DNA of 62,879 nucleotides, filler included, from Bonamia ostreae (GCA_040357525.1; 46 parts of 46 records of this genome joined end to end with filler, not necessarily neighbours in it), one strand, 5' to 3'; positions 40,670 to 53,341 are shown, counted from the whole stretch's first letter. Notes: generated by a model from the sequence alone, not told the origin. Numbers and translations: made by a program.

Positions 40670-40996
40670 ATGTCTAGTCCCGATTCAAAAGATTTGAGCA
40701 ATCTGCTACGACTCGATCCGATGTGGCTAGATGAAGACCTTTGGAAGAAATATAGCGATTTTTACATGAAAGTGAAACAAAAATACGCAGAAAAAACTGA
40801 TTCGATCATTAAAGAGAAAAAATTGACTTGTGCGAAGTGTGATGGTGTACTTAAAATTGATGAAATTTATTTTTGTCCCAGTCATCTCCGAAATCACTAC
40901 GAAGATATTATGTGTCTTGGGTGCAAGAACGAACAATTGAAGCGATCGCAAAAAAAAGTTTTGGCCAAAGAAATGGAGTGTGTTGAGTGCGATTAA
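40670..40996 (+). CDS. Small RING-like zinc-finger protein (probably parasite)
   Basis: Complete 108-aa ORF with C-x2-C-x11-C-x2-H-x9-C-x2-C-x18-C-x2-C. Confidence 0.55.
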   Translation: MSSPDSKDLSNLLRLDPMWLDEDLWKKYSDFYMKVKQKYAEKTDSIIKEKKLTCAKCDGVLKIDEIYFCPSHLRNHYEDIMCLGCKNEQLKRSQKKVLAKEMECVECD

Positions 40997-41654
40997 AGAA
41001 ACAAACAATATTTTTCGCATAATTGATATGATTTTTAATGACCAACCATTTAAGNNNNNNNNNNNNNNNNNNNNNNNNNNNNNNNNNNNNNNNNNNNNTT
41101 AATTAATTAANNNNNNNNNNNNNNNNNNNNNNNNNNNNNNNNNNNNNNNNNNNNAAGAAATTGAAACTGAAAACCTAACATTAAAATCTTTCTGCGTGGT
41201 TTTCTCATAAGCATGTACTTAATTGATAAAATTTCAAGATGACACCAAATTTGATGCACACCGTGCCCAGTTTTTTTACAATATGCATTTTGTTTAAAAA
41301 TAAAAAGACACGACGAAAGCAAAATATTGTTGGTATGGTAATTGCCTAGTTTATTGCTTATTTTTGTCAAAGAACATAATCATAATCACGGTGAGGGTAA
41401 TTCGAGGAATGGGACAATTTTTCAAATCTTCAACAGTTCCGCTCTATTCTATATTAGGCAAATGAACTTGTGTCATACAACCGAATATACCCACTGATAT
41501 TTCCATGTCATTAGTATTCAAGTGTTCTAATGATTTGTGTATATAAAGGAAGTTTATAGACAGTATCGCTTGACAGAAAGCAAATTTTGTGTGAACAATT
41601 TCGCAAATATTATTGTGGATATCTCCTGGAGGTACTAAGACATCATAAATTTAC

Positions 41655-42329
41655 CTTTATTCTTGCTATATATGGCTTGAAGTTGTCAGGTACAAAAGAA
41701 ACAATAGATCGTAACGAACGTTCTCTCCTGACAAAGCACGCATTTGTTGTCTCCACCTTTTTCGTTTTGAATATGTTGCAATTTACTGTTTTACCGGTGG
41801 AGCACGTTGCTTTATTTGATACAGTTGTTGCTCCATTACTATTTCCAGTATTATGGTTTTCACACGTGCACACATGATAAGTTTGTGTGAGGGATCCTAA
41901 CTTTGTCACGTTTTCCTTCGGCATATCCAGCAAGTTGTCAACTCCGCTAACACTGAAACACATTAACGATAATGACTACTTCATTTTGGTACAAAGATTA
42001 AAGATAATGAATGTTTTGTGTAAAACAAATACTATTTGTCATCTACTCGTGATTATGAATAGGATGGAATGGGTTACATACTTCCAAGTTTTTGAAAAGC
42101 TGTTCATCTGTACATTCCAGTTGCTGTTCGGTGGAATTTTATATACGACATTGTCACGTCCGATCAAATGGTACTTATTTGTTCCAAGGTTATTGCACAG
42201 TCCCATAGAATTATTCTTATCGCTTTTTGAAGGAAAAATTTCTATCTCGAGAGTGTTTATCAGACTCACAGATTTTCCTTGATGCATTTCCAAACGTACC
42301 TTTATTGATGTTCCATGAGGAAAGTATAT
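41655..42329 (-). CDS. Host VWD-domain (VWDE-like) protein, two exons
   Basis: Exons 42082-42329 (IYFPHGTSIKV..IEIFPSKSDKNNSMGLCNNLG..FSKTW) and 41655-41952, in phase with conventional splice sites. Confidence 0.65.
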
Positions 42330-43886
42330 CTACAATATCAATGAAAGATTAAGATAACGAACGATAAGCAATCTCATACCTCCTAAAGTAATACAAAATT
42401 GGGCAAAAGAGAGTTGGGTANNNNNNNNNNNNNNNNNNNNNNNNNNNNNNNNNNNNNNNNNNNNTTAATTAATTAANNNNNNNNNNNNNNNNNNNNNNNN
42501 NNNNNNNNNNNNNNNNNNNNCTTAGTTGTACTAGATATTCTCTTATTACCAAGTTAACATTAAAGAGAAGAACTCTGGGTGAATATCTTTTTCTAACAAT
42601 TTCATTTGAAATTTGTAACCTTCGTGATCGGGCTCGGAGTGAGCATCTATAAGTATCTGCTATGGTCTTTACATTACGTATCGAGGTACTGGTAATAGTA
42701 AAAAGACCAGAATATTCTGATTGGGGAATACGATTTTTTTCTATATTTTATTATGATCCCCGCCCATATATTTACTTATCCTCGAAGCAGTGGATTTTGT
42801 TCAACTCACGAAAATTGATTTCCACGAATATTCTTAAATCTACATTACGTTTTCAATATTGAGCAACGGGATTATAGTTTAGCTATTGAATAAAGAAATT
42901 ATTGAACTCACAAGTTCGCGAACTTTTCAAACCTAACTCTGTGAATACTCACCGATATAAGTTCAGTAACTCTGTAGTATTATAAACAGTGGTATAAATG
43001 TATAAATACCGTAGCTTTCCATGCCAAATAGTGCAAGAAATACATATACAAGTATTAAATCCATAGATGTCAGTCGAACATATTTTGCTTTCTCAACGAG
43101 TATAATTTTGTGACGGACGAGGATGTTACATGTGTTCCTCCAAATCACATAGAAATGTCCCCAAACTTAGTGTTTATACTTATCTAAAAGGAGAAGGGGT
43201 AGGCGCAATCCTTTTATTTGTTATACCGCTACCAATACCTTTTACATTACCATTCCTCAATTGAATATACACATTGGCAATTCTGGTTATGGGGGTGTCG
43301 GGTGGGAGGGGTGAGATTGTCTGAGACTGGCCCCGGGTCGCGCGTAGAAGGAGAAGGGTGCTCGGCGGGCTTTTNNNNNNNNNNCCACCTCCGCCCCCCG
43401 AGCCTCGCATCACAGGAGACCGCCTCACTGCCCTCTTAACTCGCAGCAGACAACTAGGCAAAAATTGTCCGCAACAGCACTACCATACTAACACAGTGAT
43501 CAAATGTAAGTTGGAAACTTGAAATGTTATTACCATCGTTTTATTCAAGGAAGGGGGTTACAGCTAGTATTTCTTTGAGTGTATTAAATTATTTTGGAAT
43601 AGTTTATATGAAAATGCAAGGGTTTTTTGTTCGTTGTAATATGAATTTTCTGCGAAGGAAATGCATGATTCGCACAATGTAAAATGTTCAATGTGTAGTG
43701 TGAAATGTACAACTCCATTATATAACATCATTTCGTTTAATTCAAACTTGTATTAGTAACTAAAATATTCTCACTCCTGGTAAATTNNNNNNNNNNNNNN
43801 NNNNNNNNNNNNNNNNNNNNNNNNNNNNNNTTAATTAATTAANNNNNNNNNNNNNNNNNNNNNNNNNNNNNNNNNNNNNNNNNNNN

Positions 43887-44125
43887 AAAATCATTTTTTT
43901 ACAAAATCTGTTTTAACGAAAATTTTTAAAATCATTTTTTTTACAAAATCTGTTTTAACGAAAATTTTTAAAATCATTTTTTTTACAAAATTTGCTTTAA
44001 CAAAAATTTTTAAAATCATTTTTTTACAAAATCTGTTTTAACGAAAATTTTTAAAATCATTTTTTTACAAAATCTGTTTTAAATAAAAATATTTAAAATC
44101 ATTTTTTTACAAAATATGTTTTAAA
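43887..44125. repeat. AT-rich tandem repeat, ~39-40-bp unit, inside the WDR3 intron
   Basis: aaaatcatttttttacaaaatctgttttaacgaaaatttt repeated about 6 times. Confidence 0.9.
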
Positions 44126-44141
44126 TAAAAATTTTTCGAAC

Positions 44142-45047
44142 CTCAGATCTGGTTCGCTTTAATCGCTTATTGACTTTTTTATCGATTTCTTTTCGAGATC
44201 GCCGATAGAAAACTTCTATTTTGCGATTAGTGCTAACAACAAACAGCAAACTTCCAAAATTCAACATTGAACAAATCCTCTTTTTGGCCAAAGTTTCTAT
44301 AAACCCGTTATACTCGATTTTCAAATTTTCGCCATTTTTCCTTTTTGTCCCAAACGACCAAGAACGCAATTTGTCGTCAACCGAACCAGTTATCAAACAA
44401 TTCGACGTTTTGTCGAAAGCCATTGACCATATTTCTCCGTTGTGCCCAGAAATGGTTTTCAGACAAATAAAAGTGTCGATGTCCCATATTTTGATCAATC
44501 CGTCTTTCGAACTCGAAAAAACCAAATTTTCGTTGTTTTTTATATTCGTAATCTCGTTCGTGTGCGCTCTGAGTCGCCGTAATAACCTTCCTTCGGTCAA
44601 ATCCCAGACCAGCAAGTCAGTGTCTTTGCTGCCCGATATCAAAATCGACCGACTTTGCATGCAATCGAACGCCGTCACAGCTTTTCGATGTGCTTCGAAA
44701 GTGTGTTCCAGCGAAAGAGTTATCTGCGTGCGATTTTTTGGATCGGGTTTTATCGCCGCAGTGCAAATTTGGCCTGTCTGGAAGCCGACGAAAATTGTTC
44801 TGGGGCCGTTTCCGGCTGTTTCGTCGAAGAGGCAGGTGACGGGACCGTTTAAAGACGGGTCCAGAAATGTGAAGGAATTTGTTTTTTTGGATGTTTTTAA
44901 GTCCCAGAGCGATATGGAATGAAGAGTGGGCACTATCGCTGTTGTGACTTTTTTGGCAGCAACAACGGACAATCCGGCCGCGGTCGGCGCGGAAGCAATT
45001 ACTCCGAAATTCGATGCTTGTGAGATTTTGTAGTAATTGTCGAACAT
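44142..45047 (-). CDS. WDR3: SSU processome WD40 protein UTP12/DIP2, first exon (parasite)
   Basis: FGVIAS at the N-terminus, LISGSKDTDLLVWD, SSSKDGLIKIWD, GHNGEIWSM, and the basic insertion KKVNKRLKR. Donor GTTCG at 44141. Confidence 0.85.
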
Positions 45048-46976
45048 GTTACTTCGGATCTTTGTTTAATATAATGGAATGTTAAGCTATTTTGAATACT
45101 AAAAAGTTTTATTATATGGGTAAAGGTTATTTGTTTTTTGGATAAAAATGTCNNNNNNNNNNNNNNNNNNNNNNNNNNNNNNNNNNNNNNNNNNNNTTAA
45201 TTAATTAANNNNNNNNNNNNNNNNNNNNNNNNNNNNNNNNNNNNNNNNNNNNATCAAAAACATACAATATATAAACTTAATAAGAAACGGAATGAATTCA
45301 TCTTCTCCATCGTGAATTTCCAATATATATTTACATGTACGTGCAGCAATATTACATTATCTCGACTGATTCAACTGAAGCTTCATCATTGTGAGAAATT
45401 ACCTGCATAGGATTTTCTGGTTTCTGGTTTTTGGTTTCATCATATGATTTCCTTCCATTTTGATCACCATTTGCCATCAGTTTAAATTGTCGTGTAGAAA
45501 AGTAGAAAAGATTAACTGAAATCAAAATAACAATACATTTATTGCTTATTGTCTCTGAATTCTGTAAACGATGTACAGTCCAGTAAATGAAGCATATCTA
45601 ACCTACAACTACTTAATCACTTCTCCAGTAACAACCAAATATTCTTTAGTAAAATGATAAATTGATTCAAGAGTGCATATCCAAAACACAGTTCAGAACA
45701 TCATTTTTTTTTTCATTTTTTTTTTACAAATCTAACAATATACTTATAAATCTCAAGATACAGCAAAGAAGCCAAATTCATGATTCACATATACAAAATA
45801 TAAAGTCGTAATTTTCCAGTCGTATTATATAGTTACAAAACCCAAACCAGTGGTCTCAAAATTCCGGAACTCAATGTGATTCACTACATCAACACATGAT
45901 TACATGTATTCCAAGTTTTGAAGCAACACAGGTTAATGTCAAATAAGTCCTGTTTAAAGACCAGTTTGTGGATTCGAATTACTGAACTCCAGCTAAAATA
46001 AACTACTCACAGTTCAAAGGTAAAACGATATATTTACAAATAGTTACAATAAATTATGCCAATGAAAACATACATACTTACAGTAGTTAATCTATAACGA
46101 ATTAATCCATTGTATGAAGTATTGAGAGGCCACCGGCCCACAATACAATTTTGTTGAAATACATAGAGGTTTTACAAAAATCAAAATATTTATACAATTA
46201 TTGGGCTATAGTGTTCATAAAACTGCCTCTTTATCTGAAAGCAAGAATACATTGGCCAGGTCATTTATTTTATGAGTATATCCGTATTGAAATATATTTT
46301 GCATATTTGTAAATTTTTTGATATGATTTGTTCAACAAGATTATCTTATGTTAGTATACAGTTCACATGTTGCGATGAAACGAAATTCATCTTCTATACA
46401 TTCAATATGTTTAGTTCCACAGTATTTGCTGTACCTTTATATCGTTCAAATTTAATCTATAATTCTAAATTAACATAAAGCTATTTTGTATAGCTTAAGG
46501 ATATGCGGGACGATGATCNNNNNNNNNNNNNNNNNNNNNNNNNNNNNNNNNNNNNNNNNNNNTTAATTAATTAANNNNNNNNNNNNNNNNNNNNNNNNNN
46601 NNNNNNNNNNNNNNNNNNGGTTGCGAAACAAACCCTCCACCACTGAGCTACCGCGACCGGTTGGTGTTGTATAATCTTGAAAACATACTTTTATTTTGCT
46701 AAAACTATGATTGAAAATGCAAGAATACTTCCGCTTTCTACAACAGGAAAACGATTAACAATATGGATGAAGTAGGCGTTGACAATGTTGTTCTCAAACA
46801 GGAAAGTGACTTTTGTAAACCAGACAAGATTAAGGTAAGACATCGGACTAGCAAATTCTATAAGATTTATAATTTTCATTTTTACATGTAACATGAATTC
46901 ATCCTTTACATTTACAATGAACGGTTGTGGTAGTTTTGAAACAGTCTTTTCACTCAAATAATAACATCTTCTCTAG

Positions 46977-47883
46977 ATGGAAGATGACTATATCTGCTCT
47001 ACCAACTTATGTGCTCTTTGCAATGATGTTGGTGAATCTGTAAATGCTTCTCTGGTATGTAAAGAAGAACATATATACCTTTGTGATCCATGCGGACGAC
47101 GACATAAAATCCAACGTGCAACTAAGTCACATAAAGTAATCACTATTGAGGAAGATAGGGCGAAAGAAGTATTATGTGAACTTTGCCTTGGTGAAAACGA
47201 AAGAGTACCAGCGTACGGGTACTGTGAGACTTGTGAAGACCCAGAATACATGTGTCGTTCATGCTCAAAGAGACACACAGCATCTAAAATATTTAAAAGC
47301 CATTCTATCAATACGGATTTGGAAACTAGACCAAATGATTCTCAATCTTCTGCACAGGTATCAATTATTTTCAATAATTCATCTATGGATTCAAATTCAA
47401 TGTATAGCAATGAAATGAAATATAGAAACCATTTGGACGCTCCCAAGTTAATATATATTCGGATCAAACAATTTTGAATATCTTTAACAAATGTATCTGT
47501 CTTGAAAATATCTAATATGCACACATTTACTTATAATTACAGGATATACAATACAGGGGAGATAAAAAAGAAACAAATATGAAATGTAGCCTTTGCGATG
47601 AAAATGGAGAATCGATTACAGCATCTTGCTTTTGTACTTCTTGCGAGCTGCCAGAACCATTATGCGATCACTGTGGTCAATATCATACTCGACAAAGGAA
47701 TACTCGTGGACACGTTTTGTCCAATGATATGCAAGCATACATTCTCCATATGGAAGAAAACGGAATCAAATGTGAGCTATGTATCCTGGATAGTCAGGTT
47801 AATTACGCAACTTCCTTCTGCCTTTCCTGTCTGGAACCTGAGGCACTTTGCAAGGAATGTTCCTTTCAACATACTAAGCAAAG
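46977..47883 (+). CDS. Host B-box-type zinc-finger repeat protein, two exons (46977-47357, 47543-47883); paralog of 31870-32250
   Basis: Four tandem CxxC..CxxC..LCxxC..H..H units; exon 1 is highly similar to the 32-kb copy. Confidence 0.85.
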
Positions 47884-48149
47884 NNNNNNNNNNNNNNNNN
47901 NNNNNNNNNNNNNNNNNNNNNNNNNNNTTAATTAATTAANNNNNNNNNNNNNNNNNNNNNNNNNNNNNNNNNNNNNNNNNNNNAACAATTGTAACAAGAG
48001 AATTGACTAAATTTTTCATCAAAAGTTACATTTTACGGTCAATTGTAACTTTGAATATTTTTTTGTTTAAAAGTTCTTTTTGGAAACAATTGTAACAAGA
48101 AAATATACAAATATTCTTTATAGATCGAAAATATTTGTTATTATCAAAT

Positions 48150-49209
48150 CAAAATATTACAGTAACAATAAAGTGTTAAAATACTCGAGTTGCAATGCCA
48201 AATGTAAGAACGGATATTTCAGTGTGACATCAAACGAACACAAACTCTCTGAAATGACGATAGAATGTTCCAATGAAGGTAAATGGGATATCCCACCAAC
48301 AAATCAAAAAGAAATTGATTATATTCAATGTGATTTGGGGTGCAATTATTACGGTTCGCAAAGAGGCGAGGATTCGTATGGAATGGTGGTGCATTGTGAC
48401 GATCTTGGAAAAATTTTAGGCTTGAATTAAAATCCAACCAATATTTTCGATTTTTAAATTTTGGAAAACATAGATGCCAACAGAAACAATCTATCAAAAC
48501 ACTCAACATGTAACTTAGAATGCGACGAAGAAAACGGCTTTTACTCAGTTTCGATTCAAAACGACCATTTCGTCAATTTAAATTGTTTCTACGGAGAATT
48601 TTGGGATCCACAACCAATAAATTTTTATTGCAAAAAAGGCTGTCGTCCATTCGAGAAAAGTTACTACCAAAACAACGAAGTGCATTTTAAAGAAGGATAC
48701 AAAATCAGATGTCGCAATAGTTTTGCGAATAACTGGTTCAAAAGATGTGGATTGTCTTGTGACATTGAAAATGGTTTCATTCCTATTACTCGCGGAATCA
48801 GTGGACAGTCGGATGATATTTATTGTAATGACGGATTTTTTGATTTTGATGCAATTTTGATGGATTGCAGACAAAGTTGTTATAATTTTGATGCAATTTC
48901 TTTTTAAATATTTTTTAATTTTGATGCGATTCTAAAGTTTGACAAAAATCAAAATTTGAATTTTTTGAAAGATTATTATTTTGATTAAAAGAATGTGGAG
49001 AATATGGAGATACATTATGTGAAAAGGGATATTTTTGTGGTGGTATTGTCACCGATAATGAAGATTACGAAGGATATAGATATTGTATTGAAGAAGGAAC
49101 GAATTTTAGAGGAAAATCAAATTTTGAAAAAGCGATAAAAGAAACTGAAATGTCGTTAATCTCGCGATTTTGGTACATATTAAAACACGATTTGATTTCT
49201 AAAATTTAA
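48150..49209 (+). CDS. Cys-rich protein with three Sushi/CCP-like modules, 3' part (probably parasite)
   Basis: Repeated C-x3-C..G[YF]..C..G.[WF]D..C-x3-C. AT-rich introns ending AAG/TAG. Last exon begins ~48992. Confidence 0.6.
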
Positions 49210-49348
49210 TCGCGATTTTTTTTTAATTCGCCGCCGTTCTAACAGCGGNNNNNNNNNNNNNNNNNNNNNNNNNNNNNNNNNNNNNNNNNNNNTTAATTAA
49301 TTAANNNNNNNNNNNNNNNNNNNNNNNNNNNNNNNNNNNNNNNNNNNN

Positions 49349-49495
49349 AAAAAAATGATTTGATATTTTAATTTGAAAAAATGATTTGATATTTTAATTT
49401 TGATATTTTAATTTGAAAAAAAATGATTTGATATTTTAATTTGAAAAAAAATGATTTGATATTTTAATTTGAAAAAAAAATGATTTGATATTCAA
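49349..49495. repeat. AT-rich tandem repeat (~28-30-bp unit) in the intron upstream of the kinase exon
   Basis: aaaaaatgatttgatattttaatttg repeated about 5 times. Confidence 0.85.
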
Positions 49496-49498
49496 AAG

Positions 49499-50613
49499 AA
49501 AAATAACTACACAAAAACACTGTACGCGATATCAAAAGTGGACCAAGAAAAATGGGCGAAAATGTTAAAAATCGCAAGCGAGTTCAAAAATTTTTACTCT
49601 CTTTATACTCTCAAAGACGTCCTAGGTTAAAAATTTGGTCGAATAATAAATATAAAATTAAGGAACCGGTAGATTCTCGAGTGTCCATTCGTGTAAAAAG
49701 AATACAACGAATCGCGATTATGCCGTTAAAATAATAGATCGAACAGATATGACTGAACGCGAACTTGAATCTCTTCGTTTAGAATTATCAATTATCAAAC
49801 TATTGCATCATCCAAATGTCACCCAAATTTGCGATGTTTTTGAAGAAAAAAATTCTACTTACATCGTCATGCGACTTTTCACAGTTTTTGAATTTTATAA
49901 TCCAAATCAATGTCTTAAAAATTGTGGTTTAAAACAGAATTAATTGGTTTTCGAAAATAAAATTTCAATTTTTGTTTAAAAAAATTAAATTTGTGAAAAG
50001 GGAGGAGATTTGTTTGAAAGAGTAAAATCGAAGGGCGTTTTGGAAGAGAAGAAAGCCAAAGCAGTGATGTGGAGAATTTTTGATGCTGTTAGATATATCC
50101 ATTCATTGGGAATAGCGCATCGGTTTTGCATTGAATGCGTAACTATGTAACTTGGAATTTGTGGAATAAAAAGAGATTTATAAAAATATTAAACAAAAAA
50201 GAGATTTAAAACCAGAAAACATTCTTTTGCGCGAAGAAAACGATGACGAACAAGTTGCGGTCTGCGATTTTGGCCTTTCCGATTTTTTGGGCCCCGATTC
50301 TTTTCTAAATTTGCCCTGCGGGACACTTTCATATGTTGCTCCCGAAGTTTTAATTGGTGAAGGATATGGCAAAGAAATTGATCTTTGGAGTCTCGGCGTT
50401 ATAATGTACGTCGTTTTGAGGGGCGCGCTCCCGTTTAGCGGGAAAGACAGAAAGACGATAATGAATCGAATCAAAACGCAAAAACTAACTTTTTCGAGCG
50501 AAAAATGGGCGACGATATCTTCCGAAGCAAAAGATCTCATAACAAAATTGCTTCAGATAAAACCGGAAAATCGGATCAACATAACTGATGCAATGAACCA
50601 TTCTTGGTTCCAA
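49499..50613 (+). CDS. CAMK-group Ser/Thr kinase preceded by the end of a PH-like domain (parasite), partial
   Basis: LGTGRFSSV, YAVKII, GGDLF, IAHR/DLKPEN, DFG, CGTLSYVAPE, IDLWSLG. Introns 49626-49662, 49884-50000, 50123-50201. Upstream KTLYAISKVDQEKWAKML looks like the last PH helix. Confidence 0.9.
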
Positions 50614-50713
50614 NNNNNNNNNNNNNNNNNNNNNNNNNNNNNNNNNNNNNNNNNNNNTTAATTAATTAANNNNNNNNNNNNNNNNNNNNNNNNNNNNNNN
50701 NNNNNNNNNNNNN

Positions 50714-51193
50714 TGATAGCGGGGCCCAACAAACGATCATGAGCAAAAATATGGCCGCCAAAACCGGGTTTGTTGTCGTCATTTACAGATTGCTTCGGAT
50801 AGTCGACAGGAATTTCGGCGGATTGGCGAAAGGCGTTGGAGTGGCGCGTATTCTGGGCCGGATTCACATAACGACAGTGAAGATAGGAAACTGCGTTTTG
50901 CCGTGCTCGATTTCGGTAATTGATAGCGACGGCGTCGATTTTCTGCTGGGATTAGACATGCTCAAGAGACATCTGGTTTTAAGAGCGACTTTAAGATAGA
51001 AATCGATTTGAGGAAAAAAGTGCTTAGAATCGGAAATGAGGAAATCGGGTTCGTCCCAAAAGAGCAAAATGAGGACCGCAGTGAGATTTTGCGATCTGTC
51101 GAAAGAATGGGCTTTTCCCGCGAAAAAGCTGAACACGCCCTGGAAACTACTGGTTGGGACATCGATGCCGCCATACAATTATTAACACAATAA
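50714..51193 (+). CDS. DDI1: DDI1 (retroviral-like aspartic protease + UBA), 3' part (parasite)
   Basis: DSGAQQTIMS, GLAKGVG..ILGRIH, FLLGLDMLKRH, and UBA MGFSREKAEHAL. Introns 50768-50788 (21 nt) and 50976-50995 (20 nt). Confidence 0.93.
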
Positions 51194-51369
51194 TTTAACT
51201 CGCTATAAACGCTGATTAGCAAAAATTCATTTGTTATACGCTAAAACATGCCATTTTTATTGCGATGCTCTTCGAGTACAGATTTTATCAGATCCATTAA
51301 AAAAGCAAAAACACAAACTTTATGTTCTGTAATTAACAAAAGCATTTAGCTTTCTAAACACTAAACCTA

Positions 51370-51977
51370 ATGGTCGCTCGCAGCATCATCGAACCCACTC
51401 TTTTCGGAAAATGGTTTTCTTTGTCACGCAAAGGTCCTTCAGCAACGTCGACTGCTCCGACATCGCCCTCCGAGACTACATCAGTCTTGAAAGGCCTCTG
51501 TACGTCCCGCACACCGCGGGGAGATACCAAAACAAACAGTTCCGGAAGGCCAAATGCCCCGTCGTCGAGCGTCTAACCAATTCTCTCATGATGCACGGAC
51601 GCAACAGCGGGAAAAAACAGTTTTAGCCTTCAATTGCAGAATGGCCATGAAGATTCTCCAGCGCGCTTTCGAAATCATTAACACGCTCACGGGGAGAAAC
51701 CCTATTCAAGTGCTGGTCGAAGCCATCGTCAACGCGGGGCCCCGCGAAGATTCCAACCGAGTCGGGTCGTCGGGGGTCGCAAGAAGACAGGCCGTGGACG
51801 TATCGCCGTTGCGACGCGTGAACCTCAGCATCGCCTACATAACGACAGCCGTTTAAACTTTTCACGTGAAGACCAGGAAAATGGCGTTTCGGACGAAGAA
51901 GTCGGTGGCAGAGTGTCTTGCGAACGAAATTCTGGCCACTGCTAACGGGGACAGTCAGAAGTCGTTTTCGATTAAGA
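51370..51977 (+). CDS. RPS5: 40S ribosomal protein S5 (uS7), 3'-truncated (parasite)
   Basis: [66 protein letters not shown]. Introns 51414-51433, 51620-51639, 51851-51871. Confidence 0.97.
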
Positions 51978-52077
51978 NNNNNNNNNNNNNNNNNNNNNNN
52001 NNNNNNNNNNNNNNNNNNNNNTTAATTAATTAANNNNNNNNNNNNNNNNNNNNNNNNNNNNNNNNNNNNNNNNNNNN

Positions 52078-53341
52078 TTTTCAAAAATAAATCGCAAAGT
52101 TTCTTTGACATCCGACGGCATTTGTTTGGCATTGCTTTAATTCATTTTTAAAACCCAGAAATGAATACGAGTGCGCCGCCATTGATCAAATTCCAAATTA
52201 GTTTTGAGTTTGTTTTGAGGTCATGAGTGACATAATGTTTTTTTAAACCAGATTCTCGCGAAAATGCCACTGAAAAATGCTCAAAAACGCGCTTGTATTG
52301 TGGCCAGTAATTTTTTCCATAGAGATAATCTTTGTTTCTATAGCGATGTCCCAAGAACAAAGCCATTTTTTCAAATTTCTCTCGAGAAAAATATCGTTCC
52401 TCCGCCATTGCTTTTAACGGGGCGAGACCGGTTCCAGGACCGATTCCTATCAAGGGAGTGCCAAGAAAATTTTTCGGTTTTACAAACGATCCCTTTGTCA
52501 CCAAGGCGTGAACTTTGTCGCCTCTCTGCAAATTCTGGAGGTAGTCCGAACAAACACCAACTTTCATGCGCTTGTAAGGCGTTTTGTAGTCTACAATTGC
52601 TGCTGTTATTTCGGCTTTCGGGGATTTCTTTTCGTTAAAGAGAGTATTTTTACGAGAGAAGAAGATGAGATAGTGAAGAATCGAGGTTTAATAGGGGGAA
52701 TTTTTTCAATGATGTATTCTAGCGGAGGTATTGAAGACGGGAAAGATTCAATTACTTCAAAAAACGTTCTTCTTTCTTGTTGACAAAATTTATTTAACTC
52801 AAAAATTCCTTCAGGGGAAACGAATTCTTTTAGTTTTTCCGTTTCCATTTTGCTCTTAGAAAAACAAAGCATTGTCTAAATTTAAACAATAATTAGCTTT
52901 TCAAACGTTTTTTAAACAGAAAAGTTGTAGTACAATATAGTCTCCATCTTTTATACTTATTTGCAACATATTTAATAACTGAGACCATTTTTAGTCAATT
53001 AAGATATGTGGAATGTCGACGCTTCGTTTTCGAAGATTAATTAATTGAGACCATTTCTACAAATTTAAAATAACATATGGCAAAAGTTTAAACTCTAAAG
53101 CTATATCTTGATCCGAAATGCCAAAATCTTATTTTGGACAACAACAGAACAAAAATCCTTTTAACTGAAACAGATTTAAATAAAAATTCACCTCGAAAAA
53201 GTCCTTTTTCGGTACAGCGGCGATTTCCAATTTTTCTTTGAACAGATCGAACGCACTGATACACAAAGAACCCCCAAAATTAAGCAGTTTCCCGCAAAAT
53301 TTTTCTTTTGGGGATTTCCAAATTTTTAAAATCCCATCTTT
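52078..53341 (-). CDS. NDOR1: NADPH-dependent diflavin oxidoreductase (TAH18/NDOR1), internal fragment (parasite)
   Basis: EKLKEFVSPEG..FCQQERRT, PPIKPRFFTISSS, GVCSDYL, IGPGTGLAP, AFSR, ISG/NAKQMPSDV. Introns 52876-53191, 52628-52653, 52135-52154. Confidence 0.85.

Noticed and set aside
51370-51977. Frame changes and stops in RPS5, DDI1 and BI-1 as programmed frameshifting, pseudogenes or a variant genetic code
   Set aside because: Every break is resolved exactly by a GT..AG segment, and genes end in ordinary TAA, TAG or TGA.
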